A stretch of 64,000 nt of DNA from an uncultured Verrucomicrobiota bacterium (GCA_942492905.1 OW818657.1:6157511-6221510), one strand, 5' to 3'; positions 9,909 through 20,614 are shown, counted from the stretch's first letter. Notes: generated by a model from the letters alone, not told the origin. Numbers and translations are program-made.

Positions 9909-10333
9909 CTACTGTAGTGGATGTGAACGTGATGTTTGCGATTCTGGTGTCGGGCCATGCCCACCATCCGGCGGCGTGGGATTGGTGGCAGCAACAAGCG
10001 GATCAATCCGTCGCTTTGTGTCTATATTCACGAATGGGCACGCTGCGGCTGCTTTCCAATGCCAAAGCCATGGGAGGCAGACCGTTCATTCCGGAAAAGG
10101 CTCTCGATACTTGGGATATTATCGCTGCCGATCCGCGCTGTTTTTGGCTGGAAGCTGAAGCCAGCCATGATTTCCACCTCCGCCGGCTGGTCATCGGACG
10201 GCAAGCTTCCTCCAACCTGTGGACGGATGCCTGGTTTGCTGCGCTGGCCTCCTCGAACAATTCACGCCTGACTTCTTTCGATTCTGATTTTCGGTCATTC
10301 AACTTGGCGAATTTTGAACACCTCTCGTCATGA
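9905..10333 (+). CDS. vapC: PIN-domain toxin VapC
   Basis: VVDVNV, WTDAWFAALA, TSFDSDF PIN motifs; H..HPAA.DWW subfamily signature. Confidence 0.88.
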   Translation: MTTVVDVNVMFAILVSGHAHHPAAWDWWQQQADQSVALCLYSRMGTLRLLSNAKAMGGRPFIPEKALDTWDIIAADPRCFWLEAEASHDFHLRRLVIGRQASSNLWTDAWFAALASSNNSRLTSFDSDFRSFNLANFEHLSS

Positions 10334-10484
10334 TACCATGGCTCGCCTTCCGCCACACCGCCCAAATTCCCCTACATTCCCCGGCACAACTCCCGCTTTC
10401 CCTTTGCAAAATGGCCCGGCGGCACAGATGGAGAATTTGGGCACAAGATTTGTTCAACAAACCTTGATTTTTCACTCATTTTAA

Positions 10485-11792
<1,308 letters not shown>

Positions 11793-11816
11793 CCGTCCCC
11801 CATCCACAGACACCCC

Positions 11817-12143
11817 ATGGCCCGCCAAGTCATCGACGAACTGGACGAACCGCAGACCATCTGGTCCACGGTGAGCCGCTTTGCGGGCCTGGGGTGTGTG
11901 TTGATGCTCATCGGGATCATCTCGGTCCCGTTCTTCCCCCGTTTCCGCGACTATCGCGCTCTCAACGAGGAAGGCCGCGAAGTTGCCGCCCGCCGCGACA
12001 AAGAACGCGCCCTGCTCGACGAAAAGGAAGCCGAACTGCGCATGCTCACAAGCGATCCGCAATTCATTGAACTCAAAGCCCGCGACCACCTCGACCTCTA
12101 CAAGGAAGGCGAAGTGGTGTTCCGTTTTGAAGAAGGGAAGTAG
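11817..12143 (+). CDS. ftsB: Septum formation initiator FtsB/DivIC
   Basis: TM helix plus coiled coil, IELKARDHLDLYKEGEVVF; conserved eno-ftsB synteny. Confidence 0.8.
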   Translation: MARQVIDELDEPQTIWSTVSRFAGLGCVLMLIGIISVPFFPRFRDYRALNEEGREVAARRDKERALLDEKEAELRMLTSDPQFIELKARDHLDLYKEGEVVFRFEEGK

Positions 12144-12163
12144 CCCGCTGCGCAGCCCAAAAC

Positions 12164-12349
12164 GTAGCCCTCATCGCTCCGCGTGATGAGCAGAGCCGCA
12201 AGAGTGGCACGTTGAATCAAAGGGCGTTGGAGAACATTCCCCCCGCGCAAAAAATTGCCGCCACGAAACCACCGGGGTTGCTATTATAATTCGGAACTTG
12301 CGCAGGCAAGGGACGCTGAAGGCTCATCACGCGGAGCGATGATGGCTAC
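12164..12349. repeat. Inverted pair of GTAG-family REP-like palindromes (REPIN-like)
   Basis: GTAGCCCTCATCGCTCCGCGTGATGAGC (12164-12191) and its reverse complement with 1 mismatch (12322-12349). Confidence 0.75.
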
Positions 12350-13089
12350 TTTGGGCCAAACCGCCCGTCCTGCAGGAATGCCAGCACCTCACGCTGGGCC
12401 TCGGCATTTTTCGGCATCCGCGTGTGTGAAGTGGTCAATACCCGGAAATCCGCCATACCTTCGAGGCGGCCACTGTCGACCGCCACCACGCCATCGTCGG
12501 GGCCTTTGATAAAGGGCGACAAATAGGGAAACCAGCCGGGCCGGTTCCCCATCAGAATGCCCGGAGCATAATCCGCCGGGTCCGGCAGCTTCGAATCGGC
12601 TTCCTTCGGACAGCAGGAGACGGCCACGGCCGGGGCGATCATTCTGGCGAGCGGTTTCCACTTCAATGGCTCCGCCAGCGGCGTCCCATGGTTTGGGGCC
12701 GCCAGAAAAACCACCCTGCCCAACCGCGCCGGCTTGCCCGCGGCGAGGTACTCCCGCACCACCAAGGCGCCCATCGAATGCGCGACCAAGTGGACCCGTT
12801 TGGTCCGGTCCTGACAGTGTTCCGCGATCATCTGCCGCACCCAGTCTGCCGCCTCCACTGGAGCCGCGACTTTCCGGGAGGGATACCTCACATTAATGGT
12901 TTCATACCCCTGCCGGTTCAGAAATTCCGCGGTCGGCTCCAGGGTGTCGCGGAACCAATCCAGTCCATGCACCAGCACCACGTAATCACCTGACCCCGCC
13001 CGGCGTTCCACGCCAAAAGGCGCGGCCGGCAGTGGCGTGACCATGCCGAACAGCACGGAGCAGCAGATCGCATAAATCCAATTTCGCAT
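12346..13089 (-). CDS. Secreted alpha/beta hydrolase (lipase/esterase)
   Basis: VVLVHGL, AHSMG nucleophile elbow, APNHGT, DDGVV, H near the C-terminus. Confidence 0.85.
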   Translation of the reverse strand: MRNWIYAICCSVLFGMVTPLPAAPFGVERRAGSGDYVVLVHGLDWFRDTLEPTAEFLNRQGYETINVRYPSRKVAAPVEAADWVRQMIAEHCQDRTKRVHLVAHSMGALVVREYLAAGKPARLGRVVFLAAPNHGTPLAEPLKWKPLARMIAPAVAVSCCPKEADSKLPDPADYAPGILMGNRPGWFPYLSPFIKGPDDGVVAVDSGRLEGMADFRVLTTSHTRMPKNAEAQREVLAFLQDGRFGPK

Positions 13090-13169
13090 GGCAATTCATG
13101 CCAGCCCTCGACCGACCCCGCTACCGCAAAGAACAGCCCCGGCATGAGCCCCCCCGTAAATTCCTTTCC

Positions 13170-14471
13170 CTACTCCACTATTGCCGCACAGGCCGGCACG
13201 AGGATGGAATCACTCATGCCATGCAGGATCTTTTTGTCCGCCGGGACAATGGTCGCCAACACCCCGCCGAGCTGGATCGCCGATCCATCGCGCGGCACAA
13301 AATAATACGGACAAAGCCGCACCCGGCCATGCATGATTTTCACCGCACCCGTGGTGCGGTCGAAGTAGGGATGCTCCACCACCTTTGCGGCATGGAATTG
13401 CTGCAACACCCACGGCGATTCTGCAAAATCCCCCTGCGCCTCCGTCACCGCTGCCGCCCATTCCGGCTGGCTGACATCGTGCCCGATCACCACACTGCGG
13501 CTACCCCAGGCATCCTGATGAAACCCGCTGCGTTTCAGCACCAGTTGCCGCTCCTTCTGGGAAAAACCAGCCAGTTCGTCCCAGGCATTGATCTCCAATC
13601 CCGGCAGCACCGCGTGATGCGGCAGCGGCGTCGGATCCATCACCCAGCCGCGCGGGATGATTTTAGCCAAGGCATCGCGCTGATTTTCCCGCAGTTCCTG
13701 ACGCCACAATTCCCGCAGCGGCCGGCTCCAGAACAACGCCAACCACAGCTTCTCCTCCAGCCACGGTTTCATCGGCGCGGAAATCGTCAGGCTGCCTTCC
13801 GCCGCCGCGGCCTGTATCGCCTGCCAGCCCGGAATCTGCGGCAGATCGAACAATTCAAAAAACCGGTAAATGTCACGTCCTGCCGGTTGATAGGACTCCG
13901 CTTCGGCCACGGCAAACCCCGAGCCCGCCTGCCTCGCCAGCCATTCCATTTCCGGCCGGTAGTCACCGGATTCCTTGGAAATCACCAAGTCCGCCCCCTG
14001 CGGAAACAGACTGCGGAATCCCGTCACCATGCCATCCGCCCCGCCCAGCAATGGTTTGTCAGGGTGCAGCTTCGCATAAGTCTGCCCCAGCCATCCCGTC
14101 AGGCCGATTCCCCCGGGCACACTGTCGATTTCACTCATCGCAAATCCGGTTTCCGTCAGGATCAAATCCGGCCGGATTACGCCCGGCAATTGATTCCGCA
14201 ACGGCTTCGCCCGCGCCGCCTCCAACAGTTCCGCCGGTTTCCCCGCATCCAGATACCCGGCAATCCACGGCGGCACCTTGCCCTTCAAACTCCGGTAATA
14301 AAGGTCATTCGCCGCCTTCAGAAAAACATGCAGCCGGTGCCCCAGCTTCTGCAACTCCGCCACCTGCTTCGGCTCAATCGGAAACGGCTCCGGCGAGGTC
14401 AGCCACGCCTTTCCCGCAAACAGCCCGCCTTCGGGCATGGCCTGCAAAACTTCTTCTTGGGTTGGGGGCAT
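13170..14471 (-). CDS. Putative circularly permuted ATP-grasp (glutathionylspermidine synthase-like) ligase
   Basis: VIRPDL...SEIDSVPGG, LVLKRSG...WGSRSVVIG, WVLQQF motifs. Confidence 0.6.
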   Translation of the reverse strand: MPPTQEEVLQAMPEGGLFAGKAWLTSPEPFPIEPKQVAELQKLGHRLHVFLKAANDLYYRSLKGKVPPWIAGYLDAGKPAELLEAARAKPLRNQLPGVIRPDLILTETGFAMSEIDSVPGGIGLTGWLGQTYAKLHPDKPLLGGADGMVTGFRSLFPQGADLVISKESGDYRPEMEWLARQAGSGFAVAEAESYQPAGRDIYRFFELFDLPQIPGWQAIQAAAAEGSLTISAPMKPWLEEKLWLALFWSRPLRELWRQELRENQRDALAKIIPRGWVMDPTPLPHHAVLPGLEINAWDELAGFSQKERQLVLKRSGFHQDAWGSRSVVIGHDVSQPEWAAAVTEAQGDFAESPWVLQQFHAAKVVEHPYFDRTTGAVKIMHGRVRLCPYYFVPRDGSAIQLGGVLATIVPADKKILHGMSDSILVPACAAIVE

Positions 14472-14532
14472 AAATATCTAATTTAAGTCGGGCACGACAA
14501 TGTGCTCGATCGACTTCCCTGAGCCGAATCAT

Positions 14533-14793
14533 CTAATTCCATACCATAGTAGGAAACTCGGGACTGATCCAAAAAGTTGGCCAGTCATCAAAATGGAGAA
14601 TCTCTGCTGTCCCAATGATGAGTGTATAGGCCGGTTCATCCGGGAAGTCGTTGATACGAATCTTCCAATCTGAGTGCTCGGACCTCCCAACAAAGCAAAT
14701 CCCTTCCCTTCCCGGCCCTGTCTGCCAGTCAACAGGCCGCTGGTACTCCGGAAAGGACTCCCAGTTATTCGCGAGCGAGAATGGCGGACTCAT
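14533..14793 (-). CDS. Small hypothetical protein
   Basis: Lower-GC ORF directly after ruvA; WKIRINDFPDEPAYTL...FDDWP; ATG 14793 (alt. TTG 14805). Confidence 0.55.
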   Translation of the reverse strand: MSPPFSLANNWESFPEYQRPVDWQTGPGREGICFVGRSEHSDWKIRINDFPDEPAYTLIIGTAEILHFDDWPTFWISPEFPTMVWN

Positions 14794-14812
14794 TTTTCCA
14801 AACAAATGATGG

Positions 14813-15433
14813 TTAAGCCTGGCTCAACAACCGCAGCGCCCCGCGCACCAGGCCGCTAGTGTCGGCGGCGGCTCCTTCTTCAAGGAGTTTTTTGACGGCT
14901 TTCTGGGCTTCCACTTGTTTGTATCCGAGATTGATGAGGGCCAGCACGGCGTCGTTGAGCGCCGCCTGCTCGGGGGTTTGCGCGGCTTTGGCGGCGGGGC
15001 TTTCGCCGGCGTCCTTCCAGGCATCGGTGACGCCGACCTTGTCCTTCAACTCGAAGATGATGCGCTCGGCGGTCTTTTTGCCGACGCCGCTGATTTTGGA
15101 GAGGGCGGTGACATCGCTGTTCACGACATGGCGTTTGAAATCACGCACCACCATGCCGGTGAGGATGGCGAGACCCATCTTCGGACCCACGCCGGTGACG
15201 CGGTTGAGAAGGAGGCGGAAGAGATCGCGCTCCTCGTCGGTGGCGAATCCGTAGAGCATCTGGGCGTCCTCCCGCACCAGAAAATGCGTCAGGATCTTCA
15301 CCTCCTGCCCCTCGGCCGGCATCCGGTCGTAGGTACTCACAGGCACAAAGACTTCATAACCAATGCCCTGCACATCCACCGTCAAACGGTCGGGAAGGCT
15401 CTCAGTCAGGATGCCACGGAGAAAGGTAATCAT
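14813..15433 (-). CDS. ruvA: Holliday junction branch migration protein RuvA
   Basis: MITFLRG, VGYEV-like, VREDAQMLYGF, VTGVGPK, ISGVGKKTAERI, ALINLGY. Confidence 0.97.
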   Translation of the reverse strand: MITFLRGILTESLPDRLTVDVQGIGYEVFVPVSTYDRMPAEGQEVKILTHFLVREDAQMLYGFATDEERDLFRLLLNRVTGVGPKMGLAILTGMVVRDFKRHVVNSDVTALSKISGVGKKTAERIIFELKDKVGVTDAWKDAGESPAAKAAQTPEQAALNDAVLALINLGYKQVEAQKAVKKLLEEGAAADTSGLVRGALRLLSQA

Positions 15434-15586
15434 GCCGCCATGGTAAACGGCAGGCAGCCGATGCCAATGGAAAGTCCACCAGGTGCGGGACACAATATTT
15501 CTGGCACAGCTCCGGGGACCGGATACGTTGCCAGCGCGGTGAGCCACGCCGGATCACCTTTTCCAATCCAATCACCAAATCCGATC

Positions 15587-16165
15587 ATGGGCTTTCTCGA
15601 CGATCTTTATCAGGAACACGGCCAGTCCGTGCAACAACGTGTCTCCACCGAACTCGGCATCCCCGCTGACAAAGCCGCCCGCGCGTTGCCCACGGTGGCT
15701 CCCATCATCCTCGCCGGGCTAAAGCGCGAGATGGACAAATCCGGCCCTGCGGGAGTGGAGTCGCGCATTCAGGATCTCAATAACAATGGCATCCCGGACG
15801 ACGAGGAAGTCGGCGGTCTGCTGGGGGGCAAAGGCAAGGAAGCCTCCGCTCTGATGGCCAATCAACTTGGGATCTCCGGGGCCGCCGCCTCCAAACTGAT
15901 TCCCATGCTGGCCCCGATCATCATCGGTATGCTGATGAAAAAAGGCGGCGGCGCGGAGGGAGGCCAGGCCGGGACGGGTGGAGCCGGCGGCGGACTCGGC
16001 GGCATGGCTGCGATCCTCGACCGCAATGGCGACGGCAGCATTCTCGATGACCTCAGCGGCCTGATTACAAAAGGCGGCGTGGGCGACCTGCTCACCACTG
16101 GCGGGGCCAGCAAAAGCGGCTGTATCGGCTCCATCCTTGGCATGCTGCTGGGCGGGAAGAAGTAG
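15587..16165 (+). CDS. DUF937-like protein
   Basis: MGFLDDL..., Gly-rich, ILDRNGDGSILDDL motif. Confidence 0.75.
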   Translation: MGFLDDLYQEHGQSVQQRVSTELGIPADKAARALPTVAPIILAGLKREMDKSGPAGVESRIQDLNNNGIPDDEEVGGLLGGKGKEASALMANQLGISGAAASKLIPMLAPIIIGMLMKKGGGAEGGQAGTGGAGGGLGGMAAILDRNGDGSILDDLSGLITKGGVGDLLTTGGASKSGCIGSILGMLLGGKK

Positions 16166-16188
16166 CTTTCAGCCGCGGAAGGAGGTTG

Positions 16189-16260
16189 AACCGCAGAGAC
16201 GCAGAGGACGCGGAGGGATTTTAGAGCCGGAGGTTTCCGGTTCTCTGCGTCTCTGCGGTT
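16189..16260. repeat. 18-bp inverted repeat between convergent genes (REP/terminator-like)
   Basis: AACCGCAGAGACGCAGAG (16189-16206) / CTCTGCGTCTCTGCGGTT (16243-16260), followed by an A-run. Confidence 0.7.
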
Positions 16261-16302
16261 TAAAAAAACCCGCCATTCCTTGGCCCCTTCCGCAGCCTCC
16301 GG

Positions 16303-17223
16303 TCACGCCGGCGCCAAGGCCCGGCTGTCCTTCAGCCCTAGACTGGCGTAGATCTCACGCGTGGCGCTGGACTGGTTGAGCGTGTAGAAATGGATGCCGG
16401 AGACGTTGTTATTGAGCAGATCCGCGCATTGCTCGGTGGCATAATGCAGGCCCACCCGGCGGACCGCTTCGGGGTCATTTCCGGCGCGCTGCAGGGCCTT
16501 CAGGAGGCGGGCCGGGAACACCGAGCCGCCTGACAAATCCGCCATGCGCTTCATCCCGTTGGTGGTGGTAATGGGCATGATGCCCGCGATGATCGGCACG
16601 TGGATGCCGGCCAGGGCGCAGCGCTCGCGGAAGTCGTAGAAGTCGTGGTTGTCGAAGAACAGCTGGGTGCAGATGTAATCCGCGCCGGCATCGACCTTGG
16701 CCTTGAGATGGTCCATCTCGACCAGACGGTTTGGCGTCAGGGGATGGCCTTCCGGGAAGCCGGCCACGCCAATCCCAAACCCGCGTTTGTCAGGATGCGC
16801 CCCGGTGTCGTTGAAGCGTTTGATGAATTTGACCAGATCCGCGGCAAACTGGAAAGCATCCTTGGAGCGGTCATACCCTTCCAGATTCCCCGGAGGGTCG
16901 CCGCGCAGCGCCAGAATATTGCTGACGCCCGCCGCCGCATACCGCTCCAGGATTTCCGCGATCTCCTTTTCCTGATGGCACACGCAGGTCAGGTGAGGGA
17001 TCGGATCAAGCGCGGTGGTTTTTTTCAGGCGCACCACCAGATCATGGGTCATTTCCCGCGTCCCGCCGCCCGCTCCATAGGTCACGCTGACAAAATTGGG
17101 CTGGTAGGGTTCCAGCTGGGCGATGGTTTCATACAGCCGCTCCACCGCCTCGGAGGTCTTGGGCGGGAAAAATTCGAAGGAAAGGGTGGTGGGCGTGGCA
17201 GCCAGGATATCGGAGATGTGCAT
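16303..17223 (-). CDS. metF: 5,10-methylenetetrahydrofolate reductase
   Basis: SFEFFPPKT, SVTYGAGG, HLTC, LALRGD, YICTQLFF, HFYTLN. Confidence 0.97.
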   Translation of the reverse strand: MHISDILAATPTTLSFEFFPPKTSEAVERLYETIAQLEPYQPNFVSVTYGAGGGTREMTHDLVVRLKKTTALDPIPHLTCVCHQEKEIAEILERYAAAGVSNILALRGDPPGNLEGYDRSKDAFQFAADLVKFIKRFNDTGAHPDKRGFGIGVAGFPEGHPLTPNRLVEMDHLKAKVDAGADYICTQLFFDNHDFYDFRERCALAGIHVPIIAGIMPITTTNGMKRMADLSGGSVFPARLLKALQRAGNDPEAVRRVGLHYATEQCADLLNNNVSGIHFYTLNQSSATREIYASLGLKDSRALAPA

Positions 17224-17345
17224 GGGAAAATCGGACCGTGCGGAGGACGCGGATTATCGCACGCGGCGGCAACTCCTCAAACCCTAATAATCGGACTGAC
17301 GCCATCCGCAGTCCATGGGTCCGGGGGGCCCCGCTCCGGGGCAAC

Positions 17346-17382
17346 AAAAAACCGGCGGCCCTGGATGTCAGGAGCCGCCGGT
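17346..17382 (-). terminator. Intrinsic terminator of the cytochrome gene
   Basis: ACCGGCGGC/GCCGCCGGT stem followed by T6 on the minus strand. Confidence 0.75.
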
Positions 17383-17396
17383 GATTCGTTCAGGAA

Positions 17397-17780
17397 TTAT
17401 TTCTTCTCGCGGTGCGCGTCATGGCAGGACTTGCAGTTGGCGGCGGCTTTCACCGCAGCACCGGCATCGGCATCGCCTTTTTCCAGCTTCTCGCCGGCGA
17501 GGACGAGGGCCGCGGTTTTCTCCTTCCAGGAGGCTTCCTCCCCTTTGGAGGGTTTGGCAGGGCTGAGGGACTTCAGCGCCGCGAGCAGTTTGGTGGCTTC
17601 ATCCTTGGACAATTCGCCCTTGGTGGCTTTTTTGATATCGGAGGTGTCGCCCTTGAAGTGATCCTTCATCACCTGGCCGATGGGGGATTCCTCCTTTTTT
17701 TCGCCTTCCGCCACCGCCCTGAAGGCGAGGCCGGCACTGAGGGAGAGGGTGAGAGCAAGCAGGATGGTCGTTTTATTCAT
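17397..17780 (-). CDS. Secreted c-type cytochrome (class II/c'-like)
   Basis: Signal peptide; C-terminal CKSCH heme-binding motif on a helical protein. Confidence 0.85.
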   Translation of the reverse strand: MNKTTILLALTLSLSAGLAFRAVAEGEKKEESPIGQVMKDHFKGDTSDIKKATKGELSKDEATKLLAALKSLSPAKPSKGEEASWKEKTAALVLAGEKLEKGDADAGAAVKAAANCKSCHDAHREKK

Positions 17781-18008
17781 AGGATGGATGGTTTTGCGCG
17801 GATCAGCCGGATGCTTCCCACACTCCGTTTGAGCGGACGACGGGCAGCGATCTGATTTCCGCAGGCTTTGTGCCGGAAATCAGGGAATCTGTCCATCCAT
17901 TCCTGCGGCCGGACTGTTCCTACCGGATGTCAGGACCCATCGGGCTGTCGCTTCAGGAGACGGCTTTCCATTTCGCGGGAACTCCAAGGAACCACTGGCG
18001 GACTGGAA

Positions 18009-18039
18009 GTGGTCGGGGCGGCCAGATTCGAACTGACGA
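18009..18039 (-). repeat. att core, duplicated 3' end of tRNA-Pro
   Basis: GTGGTCGGGGCGGCCAGATTCGAACTGACGA identical at 18009-18039 and 38577-38607. Confidence 0.95.
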
Positions 18040-18114
18040 TTTGATAAACCACGCTTCAACCCGTTGGTTTTCAGGGAAATACACGGCTGCGGTTTAGGGT
18101 GGACAAGGGCGGCA

Positions 18115-18134
18115 GTTCTTAGTAGAGTTCTTAG
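18115..18134 (+). promoter_or_regulatory. Putative integrase arm-type binding sites (left)
   Basis: GTTCTTAG x2 (18115-18122, 18127-18134), 12-bp period; matching pair at 38519-38538. Confidence 0.6.
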
Positions 18135-19259
18135 ATGGCCAGCCTTTGGAAACACCCGCAGAGCAAATACTTCACCGCCTGTTGGACCGATGCCAATGGC
18201 CGGCGCATGAAGCGCTCCACGAAAACGACTGACAAGAAGCTGGCGGATAAGCTGGCCAGGCAGTTCGAAGAGGAGAGCCGCGCCAAGCGCACCGCGAAGC
18301 AGGCCCGCCGAGTTCTGGCCGATATTTACCGCGACCTGTCCGGCGAGGAACTGCCCGCCGTGACGGTCCGGGAATACTTCACGGGCTACGTGGAGCGGAA
18401 GAGGCCGGAGGTTTCCCCTGCCACTCTCGATTACTACGCCGGCCACTCACGCCGGTTTCTGGCGTGGCTGGACAAGAAGGCTGACGCTGATATTTCCGAA
18501 ATCACCAAAACGGAAATCTCTGCCTATCGGAACCATGCCGCCACCAATGCCGGCCCCCGCACCACCAACAACACACTCAAGGCCGTTAAAACCTTCTTCG
18601 CTGCTGCCCGAAAAGATGGCTACCTGACCGATGACCCCGCCGCCGACGTGGACACCGTGCGCGACCGCAGCGAATCCACCCGCCGCCCCTTTACTCTGGA
18701 TGAGCTCCGCGCCCTTATGGCCGTGGCCACCGATGAATGGCGCTCCCTGATTCTCTTTGGACTCTACACCGGCCAACGCTTGGCAGACGTGGCCACCCTC
18801 ACATGGCAAAACCTCGACCTTGCCCGCGAGGAACTTCGCCTCACCACCCGGAAGACCGGTCGCCGCCAAGCCCTCCCCTTGGCTGCCCCGCTGCGGGCGC
18901 ACATCGACACCCTCCCCGCTGGCGACGATCCCAGCGCGGCACTCCACCCCACCGCCGCCGCCACCATTCAGCGCACCGGCCGCAGCGGCATTCTTTCCAA
19001 GTCCTTCGCGGAACTCCTTACCGCCGCCGGCTTGCGCAAAGCCACCGCCACCAAGGAAGAAGGGAACGCCCGCACCAAGCATGAGCTCTCCTTTCACTCC
19101 CTCCGCCATACGGCCACCAGCCTTCTGAAAAATGCAGGCATCCCGCAATCTGTCGTGATGGACTACATCGGCCACGACTCCGCCGACGTCAGCCACGGCT
19201 ACACCCACACCGGCCGCGAAGCCCTGGAGAAGGCCGCCGCCGCTTTTCCAACTCTGTAA
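18135..19259 (+). CDS. int: Tyrosine recombinase / integrase
   Basis: TGQRLAD (R), FHSLRH (HxxR), IGH, GYTH (Y); adjacent to att. Confidence 0.96.
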   Translation: MASLWKHPQSKYFTACWTDANGRRMKRSTKTTDKKLADKLARQFEEESRAKRTAKQARRVLADIYRDLSGEELPAVTVREYFTGYVERKRPEVSPATLDYYAGHSRRFLAWLDKKADADISEITKTEISAYRNHAATNAGPRTTNNTLKAVKTFFAAARKDGYLTDDPAADVDTVRDRSESTRRPFTLDELRALMAVATDEWRSLILFGLYTGQRLADVATLTWQNLDLAREELRLTTRKTGRRQALPLAAPLRAHIDTLPAGDDPSAALHPTAAATIQRTGRSGILSKSFAELLTAAGLRKATATKEEGNARTKHELSFHSLRHTATSLLKNAGIPQSVVMDYIGHDSADVSHGYTHTGREALEKAAAAFPTL

Positions 19260-19268
19260 ATTTCTGAC

Positions 19269-20102
19269 ATGGCCACCAAGAAGAAGCGCAAAACCCCTCC
19301 CACCGTGAAGCGCCTGCAAACGGCGATGGACCGACGAGCAAAAGACATGGGCTGGAGTGAACACGACCGAGCCGCCCGAAGGCGTATGGCGGCAGCCCTG
19401 AGGACCTGCCGGGCACACTATCGGAAGCATCTGCCGCACCATTGGCGATTCATGGTCCGTTCCGCCCGAATCCAGATCCTCCAAGCCGTAAGGGACTGCC
19501 GAACATTGGACGCCTTGCTCCTAGAGCGCAGCTTACCGCCGGTGATGATGGAGGCGTTCACGGAGTATAACCACTCTGGCGCCCTCGCGGGGATTGATTG
19601 CCGCGCCTACGCGGAACTTGCCGTCCTGACCCAAGGCAAAAGACCCTCCTCGAAGGTTTCCGCCTCAGGCGAGCCGAACAAGTTTACGTGGAAATTTACC
19701 TTGGAGCGAGTCCGGGAGGCCCTGAGGGATGGAAGGAGCGTAGAGTATGCCCTCGACCTCTACGCGGACACCATCCAATCCATGGCGCTAAGCGGACAAG
19801 CGGGGTTTTTTGAGGAGCTTGGGGATTTATTCCGCAAACACCGCAGCACCCCATTCAAACGCAGTCTGACAGATTGGATTGTCCGGGCATGGCTTCCGCT
19901 TTGCCTCTGGGAATGCAGCGCTGACGGCCACGAAGCCCACTCAAGATTCTGTCAAGCAGCGGACCTGCTGGAACTGAATTTCCCCGGGGCTGAGGATGCC
20001 GTATTCTACCATCAGTTTATCACGGCATGGAGGAACACGCGGAGCAAGAAAATGAATCCGAAAGCCAGGACTTTCGTAAAACCGAACGGCCAGCGGGATT
20101 AA
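19269..20102 (+). CDS. Hypothetical protein co-oriented with int
   Basis: 277-aa ORF starting 9 nt after int; basic N-terminus; no family recognised. Confidence 0.65.
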   Translation: MATKKKRKTPPTVKRLQTAMDRRAKDMGWSEHDRAARRRMAAALRTCRAHYRKHLPHHWRFMVRSARIQILQAVRDCRTLDALLLERSLPPVMMEAFTEYNHSGALAGIDCRAYAELAVLTQGKRPSSKVSASGEPNKFTWKFTLERVREALRDGRSVEYALDLYADTIQSMALSGQAGFFEELGDLFRKHRSTPFKRSLTDWIVRAWLPLCLWECSADGHEAHSRFCQAADLLELNFPGAEDAVFYHQFITAWRNTRSKKMNPKARTFVKPNGQRD

Positions 20103-20229
20103 TCCGGCCGGCCGGCCAACTGGATAAAGCCCACGAATGGCCAAGGGCGGAAGGCCGTGGATAGGGTGCTATCAACAGAGCGCAACCCACGACGGGGAGC
20201 GGCTGCCTACACCCAACCACCATATCCCG

Positions 20230-20466
20230 ATGATAAAGCCCGAAAAACAAGCCGCCCTCGCCGAGGCCAACACCGCAGGCACCACCCGCCAGCCCGTTGT
20301 GCCCGCCTTTCTCAAGGTCCCCGCCGCCGTCGCCTACTCCGGGATTGGCCGCAGCACCCTATACGAGCTCATGGGAGCGCGGAAAATCAAAAGCCACCGC
20401 ATCGGCGCCGCCCGTGTCATTGACCGGGCCAGTCTCGATGCCTTCATTTCCTCCCAGCCTTCCTAA
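20230..20466 (+). CDS. Excisionase/AlpA-like helix-turn-helix protein
   Basis: FLKVPAAVAYSGIGRSTLYELM...IKSHRIGAARVIDRASLDAFI. Confidence 0.85.
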   Translation: MIKPEKQAALAEANTAGTTRQPVVPAFLKVPAAVAYSGIGRSTLYELMGARKIKSHRIGAARVIDRASLDAFISSQPS

Positions 20467-20614
20467 ACCTTTGCCGCGCTTTGCGCCAAGGAGTCCCCGC
20501 CCGCTGCCTCTCGTAAAGGCAGCAGAGCGGGAGGGGCTGGCCCCGGGTTTCAACCCTTACAGCCTACCCGATTCCACGGTTTCCGCAAGCACGGCGCACC
20601 TTCAGATGCGTCCC

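Noticed and set aside
17224-17345. SAM riboswitch upstream of metF
   Set aside because: No SAM-I/II/IV core motifs recognised.
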